64,000 nt of DNA from Nitrospirota bacterium (lineage in GTDB: Bacteria; Nitrospirota; Nitrospiria; 2-01-FULL-66-17). Below are positions 18,497-27,374 of this stretch, piece after piece (the first letter of the stretch is position 1; each line of letters begins with the position of its first letter). Below the pieces are notes generated by a model. It had not been told where the DNA came from. It searched no databases and saw only the letters and a list, made by a program, of their open reading frames with translations. The stretch lies in contig JBFLXB010000012.1 of the NCBI GenBank assembly GCA_040757335.1, positions 15,246-79,245 of the forward strand, read 5' to 3'. Both the position numbers and the translations under genes were made by a program.

Positions 18497-21400
18497 ATGA
18501 AGCGTAAGGTCTTACTTTGGGCAGGGATGCTCTCCGTTGCTCTGGCGGGAGTCGGATTCGCCGCGACCGGGAACGAGCAGATCGCGCCGAACCAGCCCGA
18601 GTACACGCTGGGCGACACCGCGGTCATCTACGGCACCGGGTTCGAGCCGGGCAGCTCGGTGATTGTCGAGGTGATCCGGGCGGACGGGAGCATCGTCACT
18701 GGAGCTGGAACCGAGACCCCTGGCAGCGACACTGTCACCGCGAACTTGACCGGCGCGTTTACGTACCACTACCTGATCGACGGCGGGCCGGTGTCGGCCT
18801 ACAACGGGATCCTGACCGTCAACGCGAAGGATGCCAGCACGTTGGCCGTGCTCGCGACGACGACGTTTCTCGATGGCACGCAATTCTTGCTTCAAGGGTG
18901 CTCCAAGGATCGGGGCGATTGCACGCTCGACAGCCCCGCGACCGGGTGGGCCGGTGGGGCGACGCCCATGACGGGGTGGACGTCGGGACATCTGGAGGGC
19001 TGGTTTGACGGTGACGACGTGCCCTATCGCCTCAGAATCGGGTTGCGCGACGAGGGGAGCGCCGGACCCAAGTATTTCACGACCATCCACGACAACATGA
19101 GAAATGGGATTCTTGGCATCACCAGCGCTGGCAACTTCTACGTCGGGTACGGGCCGGTGGGTTCCCTGGAGGGGACGCTGACCAAGACCTGCCGGTTGCA
19201 GGCGTCGGGGAGCGCCGTCCCGACCGTTTCGGATCCCTGCATCGTCACCGGCCCCTCGTACAGCGGCGGTGACGGGAGCGGGCCGACACCCAGGCAGATT
19301 GAGTACGCGTGGGCGGTGCTGTTCGATCCAGACGAGGATGGAGGCAGCGATAAGAAATGGGCGGTGTACTGGACCGGCCACCTGGACGCAGGAGCGCACA
19401 ACTGGCCCGGGTCGTCGCTCCACACCAGCACCACCGCGTCGGGCAGCCAGGACGTGCCCATCGACGACATCGAGGACGATGCTCCGTCGGGCGCGAACCT
19501 GTCGATCACAAAGACCGATACGCCGGACCCCGCGTATGTCGGGGAGAACCTGATCTACACGCTCACGGTGACCAACAACGGCCCCAGCTCCGCCACCAAC
19601 GTCAAGGTGACGGACACGCTCCCGACCACGGTGACCTACGTGTCCGCGACCGCGAGCCCGGGGACGCCTGACACCTGTTCAATGATGGGCGGCACGGTGA
19701 CGTGCAACCTAGGCACCCTCGCCAACGCAGCGACCGCCACGGTGACGATCGTGGTGACGCCGATGTCGGCCGGCACACTGTGCAACAGCGCGATCGTGTC
19801 CAGCCACACGTCGGATCCGACACCCGGCAATAACAACGCCAAGGCAACGACCACGGTGTATCCTTCGGCGAACCTGTCGATCGTCAAAAACGACTCGCCG
19901 GATCCGGCTTACGTCGGCGAGAATCTGACGTACACGATGACGGTGTACAACGCCGGACCCAATACCGCCACCAACGTGTCGGTGACCGATACGTTGCCCG
20001 CCGGTGTGGATCTGGTCACGTTCTACGTCAGCCAAGGGACCGGCTGCACGCAAGGGACCGGGACCGTCACGTGCAACCTGGGGACCCTGACGAAGTGGTC
20101 AAGCGCAACGGTAACGATCGTCGTGAAACCCACCACGGCCGGAACGCTGACCAACACGGCCGCCGTGTCGAGCACCACGCATGATCCGAGCTCAGGCAAC
20201 AACACCTCGACGGCGACGACCACGGTCTATCCGTCGGCTAATTTGTCCATCACCAAGACCGGGCCCAGTACGGGGATCGTCGGACAGTCCATTAGCTACA
20301 CGATCGTGGTGTCGAACGCGGGGCCGAGTGCGGCCACGGGGGTGAGTGTGACCGATAACCTGCCGGCGGGTGTGACGTATGGGTCGGCGTCGTGGACGGG
20401 TGCATCAACGGGCACGTGTACTTTCGCTAGTCCGACCGTGACGTGCAGCATCGGGACGTTGGCGAGCGGGGCGTCCGTGACGATAACAATCACCGTGACG
20501 CCGACGGTGAACGGGACGCTCAACAACAGCGCCACCGTGTCATCGCCGACCTGGGACCCCACGCCGGGCGACCACACCACGCCGCCGGTCACGACCACGG
20601 TCACCTCGTCGGCGGACTTGGCGATCACGAAGAGCGGCCCCGGTTCCGCGACCGTGGGTGCGCCGTTTAGTTACACGATCGGGGTGTCGAACGCTGGGCC
20701 GAGTGCCGCCACGGGGGTGAGTGTGACGGACAGTCTGCCGACGGGCTTGACGTACGGCTCAGCAACGTGGACCGGCGCGTCGTCGGGGACCTGTACGTTT
20801 TCCAGCCCGACCGTGACGTGCAGCATCGGGACGTTGGCGAGCGGGGCGTCCGTGACGATAACAATCACCGTGACGCCGACAGTGAACGGGACGCTCAACA
20901 ACAGCGCCACCGTGTCGTCGCCCACGCCGGACCCCAACTCGGGCAACAACACTACGCCTCCGGTATCAACCACCGTCACTTCCTCGGCGGACCTGACGAT
21001 CTCGAAGTTCGGACCCAGTACCGCGACCGTGGGGCAGCCGATGGCGTACACGATCGGGGTGTCGAATGCGGGGCCGAGTCCGGCCACCGGCGTGACGGTG
21101 ACGGACACCCTGCCAGCGGGCGTGACGTACGGGTCGGCAACGTGGACCGGCGCATCGTCGGGGACGTGCGCGTTTGCCAATCCGACGGTGACGTGCAGCA
21201 TCGGCACGTTGGCGAGCGGGGCGTCGGTGACGATCACGATCACGGTGACGCCCACGGCCACGGGAACGCTCAACAACAGTGCCACCGTGTCGTCGCCCAC
21301 ATCGGATCCCACGCCGGGTGACCACACCACGCCGACGGTGCAAACGACGGTGAGTGGAACCCCGTCGACCGGGCCGCTGGGAGGCAACGCCTTCAGCAAC

Positions 21401-21532
21401 GCCGGCGGGGCCATGAGTTCGACAAACTACCAACTCATTACCGGGGTGGCGGGCCAGGGCATCGGCCAGGGCAGCCAGAGCACGAATTATGGGCTGGATG
21501 CCGGCTATGCGCCTGGGGTAACCGGGGGTTAG
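18497..21532 (+). CDS. Large secreted protein with six or more DUF11 (conserved repeat domain) repeats and a distinctive Gly/Gln-rich C-terminal tail.
   Basis: GGAGGA RBS and ATG at 18497. Signal peptide MKRKVLLWAGMLSVALAGVGFA. Repeats of about 115 aa: ANLSI(T/V)K(T/N)D.PDPAYVGENL.YT.TV.N.GP..ATNV.VTDTLP...TC.LGTL. The C-terminus is ...SSTNYQLITGVAGQGIGQGSQSTNYGLDAGYAPGVTGG. Confidence 0.85.
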   Translation: MKRKVLLWAGMLSVALAGVGFAATGNEQIAPNQPEYTLGDTAVIYGTGFEPGSSVIVEVIRADGSIVTGAGTETPGSDTVTANLTGAFTYHYLIDGGPVSAYNGILTVNAKDASTLAVLATTTFLDGTQFLLQGCSKDRGDCTLDSPATGWAGGATPMTGWTSGHLEGWFDGDDVPYRLRIGLRDEGSAGPKYFTTIHDNMRNGILGITSAGNFYVGYGPVGSLEGTLTKTCRLQASGSAVPTVSDPCIVTGPSYSGGDGSGPTPRQIEYAWAVLFDPDEDGGSDKKWAVYWTGHLDAGAHNWPGSSLHTSTTASGSQDVPIDDIEDDAPSGANLSITKTDTPDPAYVGENLIYTLTVTNNGPSSATNVKVTDTLPTTVTYVSATASPGTPDTCSMMGGTVTCNLGTLANAATATVTIVVTPMSAGTLCNSAIVSSHTSDPTPGNNNAKATTTVYPSANLSIVKNDSPDPAYVGENLTYTMTVYNAGPNTATNVSVTDTLPAGVDLVTFYVSQGTGCTQGTGTVTCNLGTLTKWSSATVTIVVKPTTAGTLTNTAAVSSTTHDPSSGNNTSTATTTVYPSANLSITKTGPSTGIVGQSISYTIVVSNAGPSAATGVSVTDNLPAGVTYGSASWTGASTGTCTFASPTVTCSIGTLASGASVTITITVTPTVNGTLNNSATVSSPTWDPTPGDHTTPPVTTTVTSSADLAITKSGPGSATVGAPFSYTIGVSNAGPSAATGVSVTDSLPTGLTYGSATWTGASSGTCTFSSPTVTCSIGTLASGASVTITITVTPTVNGTLNNSATVSSPTPDPNSGNNTTPPVSTTVTSSADLTISKFGPSTATVGQPMAYTIGVSNAGPSPATGVTVTDTLPAGVTYGSATWTGASSGTCAFANPTVTCSIGTLASGASVTITITVTPTATGTLNNSATVSSPTSDPTPGDHTTPTVQTTVSGTPSTGPLGGNAFSNAGGAMSSTNYQLITGVAGQGIGQGSQSTNYGLDAGYAPGVTGG

Positions 21533-21615
21533 CGGGGTCCCACGTCCGACGGATACACGGATACAATGAATGTCACAGACTCACATACACGCGATGGGGG
21601 AGGGGGAATGAGGCC

Positions 21616-22902
21616 ATGAAGATGACGCAGAGAATTGGAATCCTTGGAGTGCTGGTGGCAAGCCTAGTCATTATGGGAGGCCTGGCCCAGGCCCAGGTCC
21701 CCCAACTCATCAACTACCAAGGGGTGCTGAAGAACGGCGGGGGAACCCCGATCACGGGGACGGTGAGCGTCACGTTCTCGATCTATTCGGGTCCCTCGGG
21801 GGGCACCGCGCTCTGGAGCGAAACCCAGAGCGTGGTCGTCACGGGTGGACTATTCAATGTGTTGCTGGGCTCCTCCACCGCGTTCCCGGCGTACTTCTTT
21901 CAGGGCACCACCCCGGATCGCTATCTCGGGGTAAAGGTCGGAAGCGATCCGGAGATGACGCCGCGGCAGCGGCTGGTCAGCGTGGGATACACGCTCAAGG
22001 CCGAGGATGCGGACAGCCTGGGAGACCGGATTGCGATTACAGACAAGCCCAATCAACGGGTTGGAGTTGGAACGTTGAGTCCCCAAGCGAAACTTCACGC
22101 CGAAGTCACCAGCCCGGCTGGTGAAGGGACGATGTGGGCCATCCAGACGCTCAGTAATTCGTCTCCCTTGCCGAGCACTATTGATACAGCCCTCAGGTTG
22201 CGGATCAACGACCAGAGCACGGCCAATATTCTTTCCAAACAGGTGTTTCGGTTGATCTACTTCCGGGATGCGGCGGCGACTGGCTCGGTCACCGATTTTG
22301 ATTCGACAATGGTGCTGGCCAACTTCATCAATTCGAATGCGCCGTACTCCCTACGTGGAATTACGGTCGAGGGGCCGCAAATCGCCACTGGGAGAACCCT
22401 GAATGAGTTCATTGGGCTGTTTGTTCGGGAGCCTTCGGTAACGGGCACGATCGCGAGTAACAAGGCCATCGTCACAGACCCCAGGGCTGGCAATATCGGG
22501 TTTGGGGTAACGAACCCCACCGAGCGTCTGGAAGTCGCGGGCAATGTCCGCGCGACCGCGTATCTCACCGGGAGTTCGCGAGAGTTGAAAAAGGGCATCA
22601 CGCCTCTCGGGCAAAACGACTACGCCAAGATCATGGATCAGATTAACGACTTGCAGATGGTCCGGTATCTGTATAAGACAGAGGACAATCGGCAGCCTCA
22701 CCTCGGCGTGATCGCGGAAGAGTCTCCGAAAGAGATTCTCGATGAAACCGGGAAGGCCGTCAGTCTAGCCGACTATGCGGGATTCATTCTGGCGGGCTTG
22801 AAGGCGCAGTCCGAGGAGATTCAGGCGCTCAAGGCGCACATTCGGGACTTGGAATCCAAACTTCCCGCGCCCGAGAATCAGGCCGCTGCACGAGTCGAGT
22901 GA
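21616..22902 (+). CDS. Secreted tail-fiber-like protein with a C-terminal Peptidase_S74 (endosialidase intramolecular chaperone) domain.
   Basis: Signal peptide. The N-terminal QLINYQGVLKNGGGTPITGTVSVTFSIYSG is typical of tail-fibre domain proteins. The C-terminal block SSRELKKGITPLGQNDYAKIMDQINDLQMVRYLYK...HLGVIAEESPKEIL...ADYAGFILAGLKAQSEEIQALKAHIRDLE matches the S74 autoprocessing chaperone domain. Confidence 0.75.
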   Translation: MKMTQRIGILGVLVASLVIMGGLAQAQVPQLINYQGVLKNGGGTPITGTVSVTFSIYSGPSGGTALWSETQSVVVTGGLFNVLLGSSTAFPAYFFQGTTPDRYLGVKVGSDPEMTPRQRLVSVGYTLKAEDADSLGDRIAITDKPNQRVGVGTLSPQAKLHAEVTSPAGEGTMWAIQTLSNSSPLPSTIDTALRLRINDQSTANILSKQVFRLIYFRDAAATGSVTDFDSTMVLANFINSNAPYSLRGITVEGPQIATGRTLNEFIGLFVREPSVTGTIASNKAIVTDPRAGNIGFGVTNPTERLEVAGNVRATAYLTGSSRELKKGITPLGQNDYAKIMDQINDLQMVRYLYKTEDNRQPHLGVIAEESPKEILDETGKAVSLADYAGFILAGLKAQSEEIQALKAHIRDLESKLPAPENQAAARVE

Positions 22903-22973
22903 GTTGCCTATAGCCACCCGGCTGGGCTGCTGGAGCCTCAACGCAGTTTCTCGGCCGTCTCCGCCGGCACTTC

Positions 22974-25238
22974 GTGAAAATCGCTCTTCGGGCCGGCTTG
23001 ATCGCGATGGTCATGGCGATCGTCATTGCTTCCGGCGACGTGGCGTGGTCCGTGGTTCCGCCGGGCGATTCCGCCGGACCGACACCGGTCGTGACCGCGG
23101 ATCGCGCGCCTGCCGAAGTCGTCGTTCGATTCAAACAAGGCACCACCTCAGGGGACAAAGAGCGAGCCCACATCGAGACTGACACCGAGGTCCTCTCGGA
23201 AATCCCTCGCCTGCGAATGGAGCGGCTGAGGTCAAAGCGGGGTGAGTCGGTGGACGCGCTGCTGCGATCCTTCGCCCAGAACCCTAACGTCGAGTACGTC
23301 GAGCCCAACTATATCGTGACGGCGTCAGCCGTGCCGAACGATCCGCGCTTCTCGGACCTGTGGGGCCTTCACAATATCGGTCAAACCGGCGGCATGGTCG
23401 ATGCGGATATCGACGCCCCCGAGGCGTGGGACCTCCAGACCGGAAGCAGCGGTCTCGTTGTGGGGGTGATCGACAGCGGGATCGACTACAACCACCCGGA
23501 TCTTACCGCGAATGTCTGGACCAACCCGGGAGAGGTCGCGGGCAACGGAATTGACGACGATCACAACGGGTACGTTGACGACATCCGTGGGTGGGACTTC
23601 GTCAATAACGACAACAACCCATTGGACGATTACGGGCATGGCACGCACGTCTCGGGCACGATCGGGGCGGTCGGGAACAACGGCGTGGGAGTGGTTGGCG
23701 TGGCCTGGCAGCTCAAGATCTTGCCCGTGAAGTTTCTGGACGCCACGGGGACGGGCACGTCGTTCGACGCCGCCTCCGCCATCGTCTACGCCGCGGACAT
23801 GGGCGCGAAGGTGCTGAACGCCAGTTGGGGGTGCTCCAATTGCTTTCCGCAAGTTGTGGAAAACGCGATTGCTTACGCCGATCAACAGGGGGTGGTGTTC
23901 GTGGCGTCGGCGGGCAACGAGGCCACGAACAACGATGTGATCCCGTCCCATCCCTGCGGATCCAGCCAGCCGAACGTGCTCTGCGTGGCGGCCACCACTG
24001 CTCAGGACGGTTTGGCGTCGTTCTCGAACTACGGCGCAGCCACGGTGGACTTGGGGGCGCCGGGGGTCAGTATTCTGTCCACGGTGCCTAATGGCGGATG
24101 TGCGTTCTGCGCGCCGTCACGGTATCTGTACGCCAGCGGCACCTCCATGGCCGCGCCTCACGTCGCGGGGGCGGCCGCCCTCGTGTTCAGCGAGAGCCCC
24201 ACGCTTTCGGTCGCTGAGGTCAAGCAGGCGATACTGGATACCGTCGATCCCGTGCCCGCCTTGGCCGGGGTGACGATGACTGGAGGAAGGCTCAACGCGG
24301 CAGCGGCCCTGGCGCAGGTCGGCCCTGTCGACCTGACCATGACCGATGTAACGCCGAACGCCGCGTCGGTCAATGCGGGGAGCACGCTATCGGTCTCTGA
24401 TACGACTTTCAACCAAGGGACCAGTGCAGCGGGGAGTTTCACGATCGCGTATCACCTGTCCACCAACACGAGTTCCGGCGATGGCGACGATATCGCGATC
24501 GCCACCACGCGGGCAGTGGGCTCCCTGGGCGGCGGTGCGTCGAACGTGGCCTCCACCGCGCTGGCGATCTCAGGGGGAACGCCTGCCGGGAACTATTACG
24601 TGTGCGCGATCGCTGATGCTGCGTCCGCCGTCATCGAAACGAACGAGGCCAACAACGCCCTCTGCAGTCCATCGACGGTCACGGTTCCCCCGCCGGATCT
24701 GATCGTGACCTCGGTCTTCACCGGGTCATCCGTGTTGGCGCCTGGAGACGCGTTCAATGTCTCTGACAGCGTTGCCAATCAAGGTGGATCGGCGGCTGGA
24801 GCCTTTCTGGTCGACTTTCATCTGTCGTCGGATCCGGCCTATGGCGGCACGGACGACATCACGTTGAGCGCCACGCGACCAGTGCCCTCGCTCAGTGCGG
24901 GAGCCACCAGCAGTGGGGCCACCACACAGACGATCCCGTTGACGGCACCCCTCGGCAATTACTACGTGTGCGCCAAGGCGGACAGCGGGAACGCAGTCTC
25001 GGAGGGCACGGCCGAGTCCAACAACACCCTGTGCAGCGCCCCCACGATCAGAGTGGCAATCCCGTCCACGAATCTGGGCGGAAGCGGAAGCAGCAGTACG
25101 GGCGGTGGGTCCATCGCCTCGTCGTCGTACCGGATGGAGCCGGGCGTGGTGGGCCAGGGCGTGGCGGGTTCAGGAGGGCAGAGTGCGGGCTACCAGCTTG
25201 AATCCGGATTTGGAGCCCAGATCGTTGGGCAGCAGTAA
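22974..25238 (+). CDS. Secreted subtilisin-like S8 serine protease with an I9 propeptide and two CARDB domains. Its C-terminal tail is shared with the DUF11 protein.
   Basis: GTG start with signal peptide. Triad motifs VIDSGIDYNHPDL, HGTHVSGTIG and GTSMAAPHVAGAAAL. Two roughly 115-aa CARDB repeats end in ...NYYVC(A)(I/K)AD...E.NN.LCS. The C-terminus is ...SSSYRMEPGVVGQGVAGSGGQSAGYQLESGFGAQIVGQQ. Confidence 0.85.
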   Translation: MKIALRAGLIAMVMAIVIASGDVAWSVVPPGDSAGPTPVVTADRAPAEVVVRFKQGTTSGDKERAHIETDTEVLSEIPRLRMERLRSKRGESVDALLRSFAQNPNVEYVEPNYIVTASAVPNDPRFSDLWGLHNIGQTGGMVDADIDAPEAWDLQTGSSGLVVGVIDSGIDYNHPDLTANVWTNPGEVAGNGIDDDHNGYVDDIRGWDFVNNDNNPLDDYGHGTHVSGTIGAVGNNGVGVVGVAWQLKILPVKFLDATGTGTSFDAASAIVYAADMGAKVLNASWGCSNCFPQVVENAIAYADQQGVVFVASAGNEATNNDVIPSHPCGSSQPNVLCVAATTAQDGLASFSNYGAATVDLGAPGVSILSTVPNGGCAFCAPSRYLYASGTSMAAPHVAGAAALVFSESPTLSVAEVKQAILDTVDPVPALAGVTMTGGRLNAAAALAQVGPVDLTMTDVTPNAASVNAGSTLSVSDTTFNQGTSAAGSFTIAYHLSTNTSSGDGDDIAIATTRAVGSLGGGASNVASTALAISGGTPAGNYYVCAIADAASAVIETNEANNALCSPSTVTVPPPDLIVTSVFTGSSVLAPGDAFNVSDSVANQGGSAAGAFLVDFHLSSDPAYGGTDDITLSATRPVPSLSAGATSSGATTQTIPLTAPLGNYYVCAKADSGNAVSEGTAESNNTLCSAPTIRVAIPSTNLGGSGSSSTGGGSIASSSYRMEPGVVGQGVAGSGGQSAGYQLESGFGAQIVGQQ

Positions 25239-25256
25239 GTTGACGGATTTGCCAGA

Positions 25257-25366
25257 ATAATGCTACATGGTCACCTGTTCATAATATGAACAGATCTAGC
25301 TTTCGGGCCGCGCGTGGCTGTCGGCCCTTTCTCTGATCCTCTGTTTTCAGCATAGAACTAACGCCC
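25257..25366. repeat. Roughly 110-bp intergenic repeat, copy A1. It contains the 19-bp palindrome CTGTTCATAATATGAACAG (25276..25294).
   Basis: About 80% identical to 26653..26760. It begins AATAATGCTACATGGTCACCTGTTCATAATATGAACAG and ends ...GGCCCTTTCTCTGAT...TTCAGCATAGAACTAACGCC. Confidence 0.7.
25276..25294. promoter_or_regulatory. Perfect 19-bp palindromic operator-like site (CTGTTCAT-AAT-ATGAACAG) upstream of the acyltransferase gene.
   Basis: An 8-bp perfect inverted repeat arm, duplicated upstream of the next gene as well. This is typical of a dimeric wHTH regulator site. Confidence 0.45.
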
Positions 25367-25525
25367 AGCGCATTTAGCCCGAGAATATATGAACATCGTC
25401 ATGAGATGGGGATGCAGATCTCCCAGAATGGACCCTGCGGTAATTCAGCTCCAAACCCTATGAAGAATTCGCTATAGGAGACAGGTTCGAGGCAGTATGG
25501 ATCAGTTTGTCGTGTTGGGCGTTAG

Positions 25526-26641
25526 GTGCAAGGGATGATGGGGTTCCTGAGATTTACCCTTGCGATGTTTGTGGTAACCGCGCATCTGACTGAAGGTGTG
25601 CGGTTCTTTTCACATTGGGGGGTGTTTGCAGTCTTCGGTTTTTACCTTATCTCCGGCTATCTGATGACCCTGATCCTTCATGAGACATATTCGTTTAGAT
25701 TTTCGTCGTTTGTGTTGAACAGATTCTTGCGCTTATTCCCGATCTACTATCTTGTGGCAGTTGTTTCGGCATATCTTATCCTGTCTGTACCAGCGTCTGC
25801 TGACTTTCTCTCGGTATGGGAAGTTAAATATCGAGCATCAGACTTTTTGGGGAATGGACTAATCTTCCCTTTTGAGTTCTACGATGCGTCTTTCCGCATA
25901 GTGCCGTCCACGTGGTCTATAGCCGTCGAGCTAATCAACTACTTTCTGCTTTGGTTGGTTGTTGCACGAAGTCGCTCCTTAGCACTTTCTACCGTATTGC
26001 TCACGATAACCTACCACGTCGTTACCCTTGCAGTGGGGATGGACTGGAGTAGCCGATACCGCCCTTTTTATGCAGCGCTTCTCCCATTTTCTCTGGGGGC
26101 ATGCATTTATTTCTGCCGTGATCAATTAGCGCGCTTGTCGATCTCTACTATTCGATATGTAGCCTTCGGTTCATTCCTGGTTTGGGTCGCGAATCTGATT
26201 CTTTGTGGTGTTGTGGCAGGGATGGGGGGGCCTCACTTTGACACCTTCTACTACTGGAACCTGGTCTCCTTGCTAGCTCTTATCTCTTGTCTAACCACTT
26301 CATCCCTGAAGTCTCTGTCCCCAAGGTGGGGAAAGATTTTTGGCGACCTGGCGTACCCGGCCTTTCTCACCCACTGGATCATTGGATTCGCCGTAAGTCT
26401 TTTCGTGCTAGGGGGGCAGAGGAGGGGTCTAGCGCTACTGGCTCTGTCTGTATTTCCGATACTTGCGGTGTCGTTTGCCCTAGCGTGGTCAGCTGACCGC
26501 TGGCTCGAGCCGTTGCGGGACAAGGTGCGAAGAAAAGTGGCTCTGCCCGCTACGGTCAGTTCAGGGCAAAGCAAATTTGAGAGAGTCTTCAGGAAGTCCT
26601 TTGGGTGGCTTAGGGTGTCCGGCGTGGACAATTCAGATTGA
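25526..26641 (+). CDS. Acyltransferase family 3 (OatA/OafA-like) integral membrane O-acyltransferase. Low-GC gene.
   Basis: N-terminal ...FVVTAHL..GV.FFSHWGVFAVFGFYLISGYLM motif (AT3 family) and about 10 TM helices. GC is roughly 48% against about 65% in the flanks. Confidence 0.8.
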   Translation: MQGMMGFLRFTLAMFVVTAHLTEGVRFFSHWGVFAVFGFYLISGYLMTLILHETYSFRFSSFVLNRFLRLFPIYYLVAVVSAYLILSVPASADFLSVWEVKYRASDFLGNGLIFPFEFYDASFRIVPSTWSIAVELINYFLLWLVVARSRSLALSTVLLTITYHVVTLAVGMDWSSRYRPFYAALLPFSLGACIYFCRDQLARLSISTIRYVAFGSFLVWVANLILCGVVAGMGGPHFDTFYYWNLVSLLALISCLTTSSLKSLSPRWGKIFGDLAYPAFLTHWIIGFAVSLFVLGGQRRGLALLALSVFPILAVSFALAWSADRWLEPLRDKVRRKVALPATVSSGQSKFERVFRKSFGWLRVSGVDNSD

Positions 26642-26652
26642 CGGATCGGCGG

Positions 26653-26760
26653 AATAGTGGTACATCGTCACCTGTTCATATTATGAACAGGATTTGATTG
26701 CGGGCTGCAGGTAATCCTCGGCCCTTTTTCTGATTCTTGGTGTTCAGACTATGAACGCCT
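26653..26760. repeat. Roughly 110-bp intergenic repeat, copy A2, containing the palindrome CTGTTCATATTATGAACAG (26672..26690).
   Basis: See copy A1. It is directly upstream of the regulator gene. Confidence 0.7.
26672..26690. promoter_or_regulatory. Second copy of the 19-bp palindromic operator-like site, upstream of the Rex-like regulator gene.
   Basis: CTGTTCAT-ATT-ATGAACAG lies 87 nt upstream of the regulator start. Confidence 0.45.
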
Positions 26761-26776
26761 CGTAGTCATCGGGAAT

Positions 26777-27364
26777 GTGATGAGAAAAGACGACAGCTTT
26801 CATCTCTTCCGCATCCTGGACGAACTCTCCAAGAACGGGGAGGTGACCCAGCGGGGGTTGAGCCGGCGGCTCGGGGTGGCCTTGGGATTGACCAATTTGT
26901 ACGTGAGGCGGCTTGGGAAGAAGGGCCTGATTAAAGTGGTCAACCTCAAAGCGAACCGCCTCCGGTACGAACTGACGCCCAGCGGCATCGCGCAGAAGAC
27001 CGCGATGGCGTTTCAATACGTTCAGGATTCCTACGTGTTCTACCGCGAGGCGCGACGGACGCTGACCGCAACATTCGAGGCGATGAAGAGGACGGGGGTA
27101 CGGTCGGTGGTGCTGTATGGAGCAGGGGACCTCGCCGAGATCGCGCTGCTTTCGCTGCAGGAGGCTGATCTCGACCTGACCGGCGTGGTGGGCCTAAAAC
27201 ACCAGGGGCAGTCGCTGTGCGGGAAGCCGGTGGCCGACCCCGCGTCGCTGGCGTCGATTGAATACGACCGGGTAGTGGTGGTAGAGCGCGAGCGAGAAGA
27301 CGCGATGAAATGTCTGGCGGATCTGGGAGTGGACGGTTCGAAAATCGTTTGCGTGGGAGTGTGA
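26777..27364 (+). CDS. Winged-helix transcriptional regulator with a C-terminal Rossmann-like domain (Rex-like architecture).
   Basis: N-terminal wHTH (FHLFRILDELSKNGEVTQRGLSRRLGVALGLTNLYVRRL) followed by VRSVVLYGAGDLAEIALLSL (GxGxxA dinucleotide-fold start). About 195 aa. Confidence 0.55.
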   Translation: MMRKDDSFHLFRILDELSKNGEVTQRGLSRRLGVALGLTNLYVRRLGKKGLIKVVNLKANRLRYELTPSGIAQKTAMAFQYVQDSYVFYREARRTLTATFEAMKRTGVRSVVLYGAGDLAEIALLSLQEADLDLTGVVGLKHQGQSLCGKPVADPASLASIEYDRVVVVEREREDAMKCLADLGVDGSKIVCVGV

Positions 27365-27374
27365 GCAGCAAGCC

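Noticed and set aside
18497-25238. The shared C-terminal tail as a known sorting signal (PEP-CTERM, LPXTG, GlyGly-CTERM, T9SS CTD).
   Set aside because: There is no hydrophobic TM segment or basic tail, and no LPXTG or PEP motif. It is too short and Gly-rich for the roughly 80-aa T9SS CTD. It is therefore kept as an unclassified motif rather than assigned to a known system.
25276-25294. Possible LexA/SOS box, since the site starts CTGT and ends ACAG.
   Set aside because: The spacing is CTGT-N11-ACAG, not the CTGT-N8-ACAG of gamma-proteobacterial LexA boxes. It also does not match the GAAC-N4-GTTC (Cheo) box, and both copies are tied to one locus. A dedicated local regulator is more likely.
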